Shown here piece after piece: positions 9,694-18,265 of a DNA stretch of 64,000 nt. The translations under genes were made by a program, and so were the position numbers. The stretch is from positions 6,506 to 70,505 of the forward strand of contig CBFIJD010000010.1 of the NCBI GenBank assembly GCA_965662845.1, in the 5' to 3' direction. The notes under the pieces were generated by a model that worked only from the letters and a program-made list of their open reading frames with translations, searched no databases and had not been told where the DNA came from. The stretch's first letter is position 1. Every line of letters begins with the position of its first letter. Origin of the DNA: an uncultured bacterium. Its GTDB lineage: Bacteria; SAR324; NAC60-12.

Positions 9694-11145
9694 CTAGTCG
9701 AGCAAAGACTGCAACGAGTGTGGTGTGTGACTCGCTTGCGCTTGCCTTCCTAATTTTGTGTCTGATTTCAATAACTCGGACATCTGATGAGCGACCTCTT
9801 GCGCCTGTTGATCGTTGGCCAACAGCTGTTCGTCAGGCAAGAGATGCAGGTGCTCATCGCGCAGCAGCTCCAGCCGCTGCTGAAGTTGACGAGTTCGAAA
9901 CCCACGAATTTCGTCTAGCAGTTGTTGAATCTCTTGGATTGCTTGTTCGGTCAGCTGCAATGCGTCTCGCCCTCCTTGGGGAGAGGCGACATCCAAATCA
10001 CTGAGATTTTCGAATCCGGAAGCGTTCGCTACATGGCGCGCCAAATCGCTACTGTAGACGCTCCTCATGTTTAAGCGCAGCGGGTTCTGATTTTGTGTGT
10101 GGAATTGCAGCGCGTTTTGGAACACGGATACGGCTCCTTGCAGCGGCAGCTCCACTCGTTTGTGTCGACCAGTAAAACGCAACTTTAGACCTGAGATGCG
10201 CTCTGCGTCAGGTGGCGCCGATAAGTGAGTTCCTTCTCCGATTGCGTCCACTCCGTCAATGAGTCCCTGCACGTCCGTCCCGTTTCGCGACCTCTGAGCA
10301 GCGCCATTTCGGTCGGACAATAAACCAGGCGTTGAACTCGCTGCTTCAAAGAAGCTGCTGCGTCCCCAGACCAAGTGCTCCACCTCTAGGTGATGATCGC
10401 TTCGGGACACAAACCGCAGCGGCATACTCTGCGACTGAAGCATCCGATTCAGTCGTTCGACGATATGTTCATACGTTTCGTCCGGTCGCGACTGAAAGCG
10501 CAGTGTGCGCTCTTGTTCTCTCAAAAAGATCTGCTCACCGGCTCGGATGAGGTCTTCTGTGAGCGGCAGTTTGCTCACTAGTGTCGCCGGGGACGGCGCC
10601 TGTGTAATGTAAACTGTGTAACCAGTGACAGGTGCTGTCTGTGTATTTGCAGAGGCAGAGACAAACTCCAGATATTCTCCTGTTGTCACGCCGTGAACTT
10701 CGTGGCTGCCGTCCAGCAATTTTTCCGCGCCATACTTGGTCGCTTCGGCGATGTGATCAATGCTCTGGAGTAAGTTTTCCATCTCTCGCTGATCCGCCTC
10801 ACGCATCGCCAAGTTGTGTTCGACACCTTGAGCAGCGTAGGATGCCAGCTCTTTCATTTGCTGAAGCAAGCGTAAAATTTCGTGGAGCGCAGCTTCTGCT
10901 GTTTGAACCATTGAGATCCCAGCCTCGCCGTCGACGATGATGCGCGTGAGTCCTGCGACTTGTGCCAGCAACTTTGGCGGAATCACCAAAGAGATTGGCC
11001 CCTCATCCCACTGGCCAGAGCGCTTATTTTGCAGCTGATCCTGCATGCGTTTGGTGTGGTGGCTGTCCTCGCGTTGTTGTCGGCGTTGTTGGAACGCGTT
11101 CAGCGAGGTCACTCCGCTCTGAATGTTTAGTGTTCCCATATTCAC
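9694..11145 (-). CDS. Divergent flagellin-like protein
   Basis: Retains GISMVQTAEAALHEI, TKYGAEKLLDGS and SGFENLSDLDV...DAL, but both terminal segments are degenerate; CAGGAG RBS. Confidence 0.85.
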   Translation of the reverse strand: MNMGTLNIQSGVTSLNAFQQRRQQREDSHHTKRMQDQLQNKRSGQWDEGPISLVIPPKLLAQVAGLTRIIVDGEAGISMVQTAEAALHEILRLLQQMKELASYAAQGVEHNLAMREADQREMENLLQSIDHIAEATKYGAEKLLDGSHEVHGVTTGEYLEFVSASANTQTAPVTGYTVYITQAPSPATLVSKLPLTEDLIRAGEQIFLREQERTLRFQSRPDETYEHIVERLNRMLQSQSMPLRFVSRSDHHLEVEHLVWGRSSFFEAASSTPGLLSDRNGAAQRSRNGTDVQGLIDGVDAIGEGTHLSAPPDAERISGLKLRFTGRHKRVELPLQGAVSVFQNALQFHTQNQNPLRLNMRSVYSSDLARHVANASGFENLSDLDVASPQGGRDALQLTEQAIQEIQQLLDEIRGFRTRQLQQRLELLRDEHLHLLPDEQLLANDQQAQEVAHQMSELLKSDTKLGRQAQASHTPHSLQSLLD

Positions 11146-11181
11146 TCCTGTCTCAGGGTCTTGGGAAAAAATTTATTTTTA

Positions 11182-12786
11182 TTACTGTGCACTAATCAGC
11201 TGAAGTACAGATTTCGGGATTTGATTCGCTTGCGCGCTCATCGCCGTACCCGAGGCCAACAGAATCTGGTTTCGGGTGAACTCACTCATCTGAGCGGCCA
11301 TATCAGCATCGCGAATCACGGACTCCGAGTTGGTCAGGTTTTCATTGGCGACCCGTAGGCTCCGCAAGTTAGTCTCTAGCGCATTTTTCTGAAATGCACC
11401 GAGGTCGGCTCGCAAGCGGCTGACATCGTCAATCGCCTTGTCAATCACGCGGATCGCGTCTTGGGCGCCCTGGGCTGTCGTCACGTCGATGTCCGCAAGG
11501 CTGCGAAAATCACTCTCATTGACGACCCCATTCGCGAGCGTGTCTGATCGAACACTATTCATTGAAAAGCGTGAGATTTGGTCTGCGTTGGCGCCCGTCT
11601 GATAAATCAAGGAGTTTTGTGAGACATGAACATAGCCATCGACGTCGTCGCCGATAAGCGTGTCATTGTCTTCCATCACCTCACGCACCTCGACGAGTTC
11701 TCCGGTCTCAGGGTCGACATATTCTTCAATTCGGCTGCCCAAGACTTTGTTGTACTCCACGACGAGGCCCTCGGCTGGGGTTCCTTTTGAACCGTGCAGG
11801 TGCTGTCCTTTCCCGACCGCAATCTCTCCTCCAATGAAGCCCGCGACATCTTTGCCACCTTCTGAGAAGTGAGCTTCGTCGGCGAACTGGGCAAGGATTT
11901 GAGGCTGGTTCGACGTCACACTGAAAGAGGGCTCGCTGCCAAAGTGTTTGTGTCGAACAGTCAGCATGCCGGCTCTGTCGATGTAGACATCCACAGCCAA
12001 GCCTCCCTCTTTTGCTTTGCGGTCTAAAGCTCGCGCCACCAGCTGCTGAATTCCTCTTTCGACCTCTTCGACGGGGAACCGTTCTGGCGAACGGTAGAAA
12101 TTTTCTAGCAGGTGGTCTACGCCTTCCCGAACGCTGTCCTCCTCAAGAGTATTGAGTGAAACAATGCGGTCACCTTCGTTCATCACGAAGGTCATGCCTT
12201 CCTCTGCGTGCTGAATATTGATCCGCTGCGTGCCGGTGACACGTGGTCGCACCGCCACTTGGACAATATCGACCGGGAACCCTTCCTTGGTTGGCGCTGT
12301 CTGGGTTTCTTCTGTGGCTGACACAAATCGTAGTCCGTCGCCCACGGCAACTCCTCGTGCTTCGAGGCTGCCATCGAACAAAATTTTGGAACCAAACTGT
12401 GTCGAACGAGAGATGCGATCCAGCGTTGAGAGCAAGTTTTCAATTTCGTTTTGGTCTGCACGCATCATTTGCTCGTCGTTCACACCTTCGTTCGCTGCGT
12501 GGATCGCGAGCTGGCGCATGTTGATCAACATCGCGCTCACTTCGCTCAGCGCCCCTTCAGCGGTTTGAACCATTGAGACGGAGGTCTCTGTGTTGCGAAT
12601 GGCTTGCGAGACACCCGTAATCTGGGCCCGCATCCGCTCTGAAATCATCAACTCCGCAGGAGCATCTGAGGCTCGGTTGATGCGGAGACCAGAGGACAAG
12701 CGCTCTAAATTCTTCTCTGTAGAATCTGCGGTAGTTTGTAGGTGACGCAGGGCGGTCATCGAGGCGATATTGTGATTCACTCGCAT
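11182..12786 (-). CDS. fliC: Flagellin
   Basis: MRVNHNIAS...ERLSSGLRINRASDAPA; C-terminal IRDADMA...AQANQIPKSVLQL; AAGGAG RBS. Confidence 0.97.
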   Translation of the reverse strand: MRVNHNIASMTALRHLQTTADSTEKNLERLSSGLRINRASDAPAELMISERMRAQITGVSQAIRNTETSVSMVQTAEGALSEVSAMLINMRQLAIHAANEGVNDEQMMRADQNEIENLLSTLDRISRSTQFGSKILFDGSLEARGVAVGDGLRFVSATEETQTAPTKEGFPVDIVQVAVRPRVTGTQRINIQHAEEGMTFVMNEGDRIVSLNTLEEDSVREGVDHLLENFYRSPERFPVEEVERGIQQLVARALDRKAKEGGLAVDVYIDRAGMLTVRHKHFGSEPSFSVTSNQPQILAQFADEAHFSEGGKDVAGFIGGEIAVGKGQHLHGSKGTPAEGLVVEYNKVLGSRIEEYVDPETGELVEVREVMEDNDTLIGDDVDGYVHVSQNSLIYQTGANADQISRFSMNSVRSDTLANGVVNESDFRSLADIDVTTAQGAQDAIRVIDKAIDDVSRLRADLGAFQKNALETNLRSLRVANENLTNSESVIRDADMAAQMSEFTRNQILLASGTAMSAQANQIPKSVLQLISAQ

Positions 12787-13254
12787 GGTGTCTCCTTAGT
12801 TGCGGATGATTTTGTGAGCTAAAATTTAAGTGAAGCCTGGGTTGCACGTTATCACGTGCGCTTTTCGTCGAACTGCTCGCAGCGTGTCTTCTTATTTTTG
12901 TCAAACGAACACCGTCAGCGAATACAAATGTGTTGCATCAAGAGTGACTAGTCCCACCCAATTACTCCTGAAAATAATATATTCATGACATACTGGCGCC
13001 ACACGAGCGTGCTCATGACCTCTTCCGAGGTTCGCAAGATTCACTTGAATCCGTGCGATGTGAGCACAAACGATCGCCTTGAAAAGGTTATTTTTCAGAG
13101 GAAAAGCGTGCTTCTACTCTGCGTGAATCCCTTGATTCGCCAAGGCTTGGTGACATTCAGTTCAAAGCTGTCAAGCGCCTCCTCCATCAAAGATGGCTTG
13201 ACGCCAAACAGCGATCAACTAAACCAGTTCGTTCAACAAAAATATCAAAGAGCT

Positions 13255-14528
13255 GAAATTACTCTGGAATAGATCGCAGTTGCTCAGAAATAGACTCCTC
13301 AGCATCTCACAGACCACCCTACGTCGAACAATGAGTTAGGGCTTATTCTCTATCACCAGTCTGGCTGGCCATAGGACGAACAAATTTGAGTCAGCGAACG
13401 TGTCCGAACTCTGCTCAAAAAAGTCCCATTTTGTGTTGAGGGACTTTTTTCAGGAGATTCGTAGGCTTGTCCTTAACAAGCGCTTCTCAGCTCTTGGCGA
13501 CCATCTCTCCGTCCGTTGTGTTCAACATTTTGTCTCAGCGCTTGAGGCAAAGCAGCGCAGCTCTCTTCCAACTCCCCTCACGGTTGTGCCTCTGCTGAAG
13601 AGGAGCGCGTTGTCATTTGAAGCGCAGCGGCTCTTCTCTCTCGCCTGTGGGTTGAGACAAGAACGCCTTGCGGGTGCTTGTCCTCTGCGGAGACGCTGAT
13701 TGGCTTGATCGCAATGCACCAATTTATGTCGAAAATAATTCATATTGTGTCGTTACGAGGGCGGCCCTGAACTCTCAGAAGAGTTTGCTCTTGTCCCGAA
13801 AAAAAAGGGACTCGCTAAGGAACTTGCTGCTTCCTACGAAATTTGGGCGCGACGGTGCCTCAGCGAAGGCGCTTTCCGTACGGATCGGCGAACTTTTACG
13901 ACGAACACACCCATGTGCATTGGAAACGGGTAGCTCCGAGAGCAGCAAGTGACAAACAAGCTTGGCGCGCAGAGGAGCCTCAGTATTAGCCTAAAGACAT
14001 TTGCTGAACAAATGTCACTCATCCGAGCGAAGCCTCTTGCTCCGAGACTTTCTGTCTACCAAAATCATTTTAGATGAATTTCGATCAAACCAATTTGCAG
14101 ATTGTCAACATGGTCGAACTGCATGACAGTTTCGATTTACCTGTGCACACGGACAGTCAGACTTGAATTCGACATTGTCGAGAGGTTCGAGTGACTTCTG
14201 GATTCGCTGTGTTTGCGATGTTCCTGAGTGCGGTGGAGTTCCGAATATCGGTGGCTTTCTGCGAGACAACCGATATGTGACGCCATCTTTGGGCGCTTCG
14301 TTGGCATATTCAAAGAGCAAAATCTTTGCTTCTTCCGCTGGTGCGTCTTCGATCTTTCAAGATCAAAGGGCCCAGCGAGCGAGAGCTTAGCTTTTCAACC
14401 ATCCGCTCCTTCTGATGGGTTCTGCCGAATTGAGGAGCGGCAGGCATCAGAGGATGCGCTGATTGGATCGTCGTGGGTGGGAGTCACGACATTTTCTGAG
14501 TCAGTAGCGATCTATTCCAGAGTATTTC
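13255..14528. ncRNA. Candidate large structured non-coding RNA or leader bounded by an inverted repeat
   Basis: No credible ORF; 18-bp perfect IR 13260-13277/14507-14524; many internal nested stems; begins at the predicted sigma-28 start site. Confidence 0.5.
13417..13450. terminator. Bidirectional intrinsic-terminator-like hairpin
   Basis: AAAAAAGTCCC-N12-GGGACTTTTTT. Confidence 0.6.
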
Positions 14529-14536
14529 TACTGTTT

Positions 14537-14563
14537 CTATCGGCAGTGGGCTGAAAATCTTTA
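14537..14563 (-). promoter_or_regulatory. Sigma-28 (FliA) promoter P1
   Basis: Minus strand TAAA-gattttcagcccact(15 nt)-GCCGATAG; consensus is TAAA-N15-GCCGATAA; points toward the flagellin array. Confidence 0.85.
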
Positions 14564-14621
14564 GTGATTTTCGCCATCGGTCAGGCATTTCAGTTGATTC
14601 CTGTTGTCTGACTTGGAGAGG

Positions 14622-14648
14622 GTATCGGCAGGAGAGCGGAAGACTTTA
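14622..14648 (-). promoter_or_regulatory. Sigma-28 (FliA) promoter P2
   Basis: Minus strand TAAA-gtcttccgctctcct(15 nt)-GCCGATAC. Confidence 0.85.
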
Positions 14649-14675
14649 ATCATTTTTGCGGGGAGCAGGCGCGGG

Positions 14676-15227
14676 CTATTGAAAATGTGGGAGGCGGACC
14701 TGGACTAGTTCGTCGGGCCAGCGCAGATAGTTTTGCCAGCGCAGGTCAGGGACGGTGATCCGCATTTGCTTCACCGCTCGCACCATGTCCCAATAATCCA
14801 TTTCACAGGGCTCGTGGAGCGGCTTGATGTCTGTGCGCTGTCCCTTTTTGCGGTTGCAGTTTCGGCAGCACGTGACGATGTTTTCCCAGGTTGTCTTCCC
14901 TCCTCGGCAGCGAGGCATGACATGGTCACAGGTCAGCTCACCCAACGGGAACCGTTTGCCACAATATTGGCATTCGTGTCGGTCGCGGATGAAGACGTTG
15001 CGCTTTGTGAAGTTCACTCGGTTTCGCGCCCGATGATATTCATGCAGAATCACAACGCTGGGGATGCGGATGCTCGTGGAAGGAGAGCGGCACTCGTAGT
15101 CGTACCATTCGAGGACATCGACTTTATTGAGGAAGTAGGACTTCACGCCCCATTTCCAGCTCACCACGCTCAGGGGGTTCCAACGGTAAGGTTGAACGTC
15201 TGCGTTGAGAACCAAAACTTCGCCCAT
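14676..15227 (-). CDS. HNH endonuclease (McrA-like)
   Basis: RNVFIRDRHECQYCG...LTCDHVMPR..GGKTTWENIVTCCRNCNRKKG; GGAG RBS before ATG 15227. Confidence 0.92.
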   Translation of the reverse strand: MGEVLVLNADVQPYRWNPLSVVSWKWGVKSYFLNKVDVLEWYDYECRSPSTSIRIPSVVILHEYHRARNRVNFTKRNVFIRDRHECQYCGKRFPLGELTCDHVMPRCRGGKTTWENIVTCCRNCNRKKGQRTDIKPLHEPCEMDYWDMVRAVKQMRITVPDLRWQNYLRWPDELVQVRLPHFQ

Positions 15228-15260
15228 CAAGTCTCCAATGTGAGAAGTAGATTGACGTGA

Positions 15261-17000
15261 TCACACAGTGGCCGACTCCGGCGTAGCGATTTCAACCGGC
15301 GCGTAGTCTTCGGTTGTGATCGCGAGCACCTCTTCCACTGTGGTCAGCCCTTGTCGGATTTTCTGAATGCCATCCATCCGGAGCGTCACCAGTCCTGTTT
15401 TCAGTCCTACCCGTTTAATCTCGTTGGCGTCGCTGGTTCGCAAGATGGCGTCCTTAATGTTCTCATTCATGGTCAACAATTCATGCAGCCCAACGCGGCC
15501 TCGGTATCCTGTGCCGCGACAGTCTTCACAACCGCTCCCACGAAAGAAGGAAGCGCTTGGTTCGGCAGAAATTCCTAGCTCGCGCAGTTGCTCTGGGTGT
15601 GGTTGGTATTCCAGCTTACAACTGGAACAGATGCGTCGCACCAGGCGCTGCGCCAACACGCCGATGATCGTAGACGAGACCAGAAACGGCTCGACTCCCA
15701 TATCAATCAACCGAGTGATCGTCGCGGGAGCGCTGTTTGTGTGGACTGTGCTGAAGACTAAGTGTCCGGTCAGCGCGGCTTGGATCGCAATTTGTGCGGT
15801 CTCGGTGTCCCGCATCTCTCCCACCATCACTACGTCGGGATCCTGACGCAGCACCGACCGCAAAGCCCGCGCAAAGCTGAGGCCGAGCTTGGCGTTGACT
15901 TCAATCTGGCTGTAACTTGCAATTTTATATTCGACAGGATCTTCAATCGTAATCACGTTGCGCGCTTGGCTATCAATTTCGCCCAGGGACGCATACAGCG
16001 TGGTGGTCTTCCCACTCCCTGTCGGGCCGGTCACCAAGATAATCCCACCGGTTTTGTGAATCATCGTGCGGAGCGGCCGCAAGATTTCTTCTCGAATGCC
16101 AAGTTCGTTGAGGCGCATCAGCCCTGTATTTTGATAGAGCAGGCGCATCACAATTTTTTCGCCGTGCACGGTTGGGATGGTCGAGACGCGAATGTCAATT
16201 TTTTTGCCTGCGATCAGCACCATCGTGCGTCCATCTTGAGGAAGTCCTTTCTGTGCAATGTCTAGGCGCGACATCACCTTGACGCGGTTGACCACCGTCA
16301 GGTGCACAGGTCGTGGGAGGGCCGTCACTTGATGCAAAACGCCATCAACCCGATACCGCACGACCGTCGCTTTGGGGTTGGGGTCAATGTGCACGTCACT
16401 GGCTTCGTCTTTGGCCGCTTGCCATAGCAGGCTGTTCACAAGGCGCTTGATCGGCTCTTCGTCACTGCTCTCCAGCAAGTCTTCTGGCTCCTCCACACTC
16501 AAAATGCTCTCGAAAGACTCTTCGGCGTCCAGATTGTCAATGGCTTCTTCTGTTGCCGCGGAGGTCTTGTCATAAATGCGGTGGATCAAATCTATAATCG
16601 CTTGCCGCTGAGAGATCACCGGTTGGATGCGAATCTGTAAGCGACGGCTCAGGTCATCCAACATCTCTGTGCGTGCGGGATCTTCAATCGCAAACTTCCA
16701 GCCCATCTCCCCCCGCGCGAACGGGCAGCACATTCCATTTTTGAGGTGCTTGATGAGCACGTTCTCGGTGAATCGCTCTGGCAGCTCCACATCCAGAAAT
16801 TCATCGCAATATTCTAAGTCATAGTAGCGCGCCAGCGCTTGCTGGAGTTGGGACTCAGAGGCGACTTTTTGTTTGATCAGGGCTCCCTTCCAAGCCTCCC
16901 AGTCGTGCTGGGCCTCCAAGGTCGTATGAAGGTCTTGCAAGCGCTCGATCGGGATTTGGAATTGTTGGGAGAGGATGTTCACAATCGGCTGGAAGGACAT
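15261..17000 (-). CDS. gspE: Type II secretion / type IV pilus assembly ATPase (GspE/PilB family)
   Basis: ASDVHI, LPQDGR, Walker A GPTGSGKTT, TIEDPVEY, LRQDPDVVMVGEMRD, LTGHLVFSTVHTN, Zn CxxC motifs. Confidence 0.93.
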   Translation of the reverse strand: MSFQPIVNILSQQFQIPIERLQDLHTTLEAQHDWEAWKGALIKQKVASESQLQQALARYYDLEYCDEFLDVELPERFTENVLIKHLKNGMCCPFARGEMGWKFAIEDPARTEMLDDLSRRLQIRIQPVISQRQAIIDLIHRIYDKTSAATEEAIDNLDAEESFESILSVEEPEDLLESSDEEPIKRLVNSLLWQAAKDEASDVHIDPNPKATVVRYRVDGVLHQVTALPRPVHLTVVNRVKVMSRLDIAQKGLPQDGRTMVLIAGKKIDIRVSTIPTVHGEKIVMRLLYQNTGLMRLNELGIREEILRPLRTMIHKTGGIILVTGPTGSGKTTTLYASLGEIDSQARNVITIEDPVEYKIASYSQIEVNAKLGLSFARALRSVLRQDPDVVMVGEMRDTETAQIAIQAALTGHLVFSTVHTNSAPATITRLIDMGVEPFLVSSTIIGVLAQRLVRRICSSCKLEYQPHPEQLRELGISAEPSASFFRGSGCEDCRGTGYRGRVGLHELLTMNENIKDAILRTSDANEIKRVGLKTGLVTLRMDGIQKIRQGLTTVEEVLAITTEDYAPVEIATPESATV

Positions 17001-17087
17001 TTCAGCTTTTCGGGTAAGGTGATTTAGGTTTCTCTTGGAATAACAATATCTTGCTAAGTAATACGGGTCGTGTAACAGAAACTTCGC

Positions 17088-17115
17088 TTGACGCGTCAGA
17101 GGGTTTTGCTACGAT
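17088..17115 (+). promoter_or_regulatory. Putative sigma-70 promoter for ispB
   Basis: TTGACG-16 nt-TACGAT with extended -10 TG. Confidence 0.45.
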
Positions 17116-17249
17116 CCCAAATTCGCCATATCTATGCGAAATCATTCATTTTTTTGCTTCTCGGTCGCTTCATTTCGACGTGGGATTAGAGCAGATCCGT
17201 CAGAATTTTACCAGCAATCTGACCATTCCCCCTTTCGGATACGTTCCTT

Positions 17250-18257
17250 ATGCAAGCAGCTCTCTCGCCGGTGCAAAAACCTGCGCCGCAGAACCTGAAC
17301 GAGATTTTGTCGAACTGGAGACCGCAGCTCCGGCGCTTAGAGCAGTCGATCCTTCTGGGAATCCGCACCGACATCCCCTTGCTCACCCGCGTCGCCGAGC
17401 ACATCTTGCTGGCAGGGGGGAAGCGCTTGCGGCCAGCGATGGTCTTCTTGGGGGGAGCCTTCGGTGAGTTTCGCGAGGAGCGACTTCAGGTCGCTGCGCA
17501 AGTCGTGGAGTATCTGCACACTGCGACTCTGCTCCATGATGATGTGGTAGACAACGCCGACATGCGTCGCAAACAGCAAGCTGCCCGCACTATTTGGGGG
17601 AATGAGGCGAGTGTTCTGACCGGCGACTATCTCCTCTCGATGGCGTTTCACATGCTGACGAAGCTGCGCGATCCAGAGGTGCTCAAGCTGATGTCAGAGA
17701 CCACAACACGCATGGCGCGTGGCGAGTTATTGCAGCTCACGCGCTCCTACAACAGCGCTAATGAACAAGAATATTTGGAGATTATCACGAATAAGACCGC
17801 TTGCTTGTTCGCTTCAGCCATTCGAATGGGGGGATTGTTGGCAGGTGTGCAAGCGCGTCAAACACAAGCGCTCTATGAGTATGGAATGTCTGTTGGTCTG
17901 GCGTTTCAGATTGTCGATGACGTTTTGGATTACACAGACAGTGACAACACGGGCAAGCCCGTCGGCACCGACTTGCAGGAAAGAAAAATCACGCTGCCTC
18001 TGAGTCACTTGCTGGACAAGAGTTCGGCTTCAGAGCATCAACGACTAAAAGAAATTCTAGCGTCTCCGGTCATTCAAGCAGAGCACGTCACCGAGGTCAT
18101 TGAGCTCATGCGCTCTTACGGTTCTCTGGAGTATGCAACCGAAGCGGCTCGTCAATATGTGCGCAATGCTCAGCAACAGCTCACTACCTTACCTACCAGT
18201 CAAGCTCGTGACTCGCTTCACCACATTGCGGGGTTTATTGTTCAGCGTAACATGTAA
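17250..18257 (+). CDS. ispB: Polyprenyl (octaprenyl) diphosphate synthase
   Basis: GGKRLRP, LLHDDVVD, FQIVDDVLD, GKPVGTDL motifs. Confidence 0.93.
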   Translation: MQAALSPVQKPAPQNLNEILSNWRPQLRRLEQSILLGIRTDIPLLTRVAEHILLAGGKRLRPAMVFLGGAFGEFREERLQVAAQVVEYLHTATLLHDDVVDNADMRRKQQAARTIWGNEASVLTGDYLLSMAFHMLTKLRDPEVLKLMSETTTRMARGELLQLTRSYNSANEQEYLEIITNKTACLFASAIRMGGLLAGVQARQTQALYEYGMSVGLAFQIVDDVLDYTDSDNTGKPVGTDLQERKITLPLSHLLDKSSASEHQRLKEILASPVIQAEHVTEVIELMRSYGSLEYATEAARQYVRNAQQQLTTLPTSQARDSLHHIAGFIVQRNM

Positions 18258-18265
18258 GTTACACG

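Noticed and set aside
461..12568. Many similar + strand ORFs (e.g. MISAELTSSKAASAVC..., MLSRLFFWKAP...) recurring across the array
   Set aside because: They are antisense shadows of conserved flagellin codons; they repeat only because the flagellins do
12985..14554. Short ORFs (62-108 aa) in the long leader
   Set aside because: Mutually overlapping, mostly non-ATG starts, no recognisable domain; a small peptide cannot be fully excluded
13255..15227. IscB/HEARO (OMEGA) system or group II intron
   Set aside because: The HNH protein is short and lacks PLMP and RuvC motifs; I saw no group II domain V or reverse transcriptase
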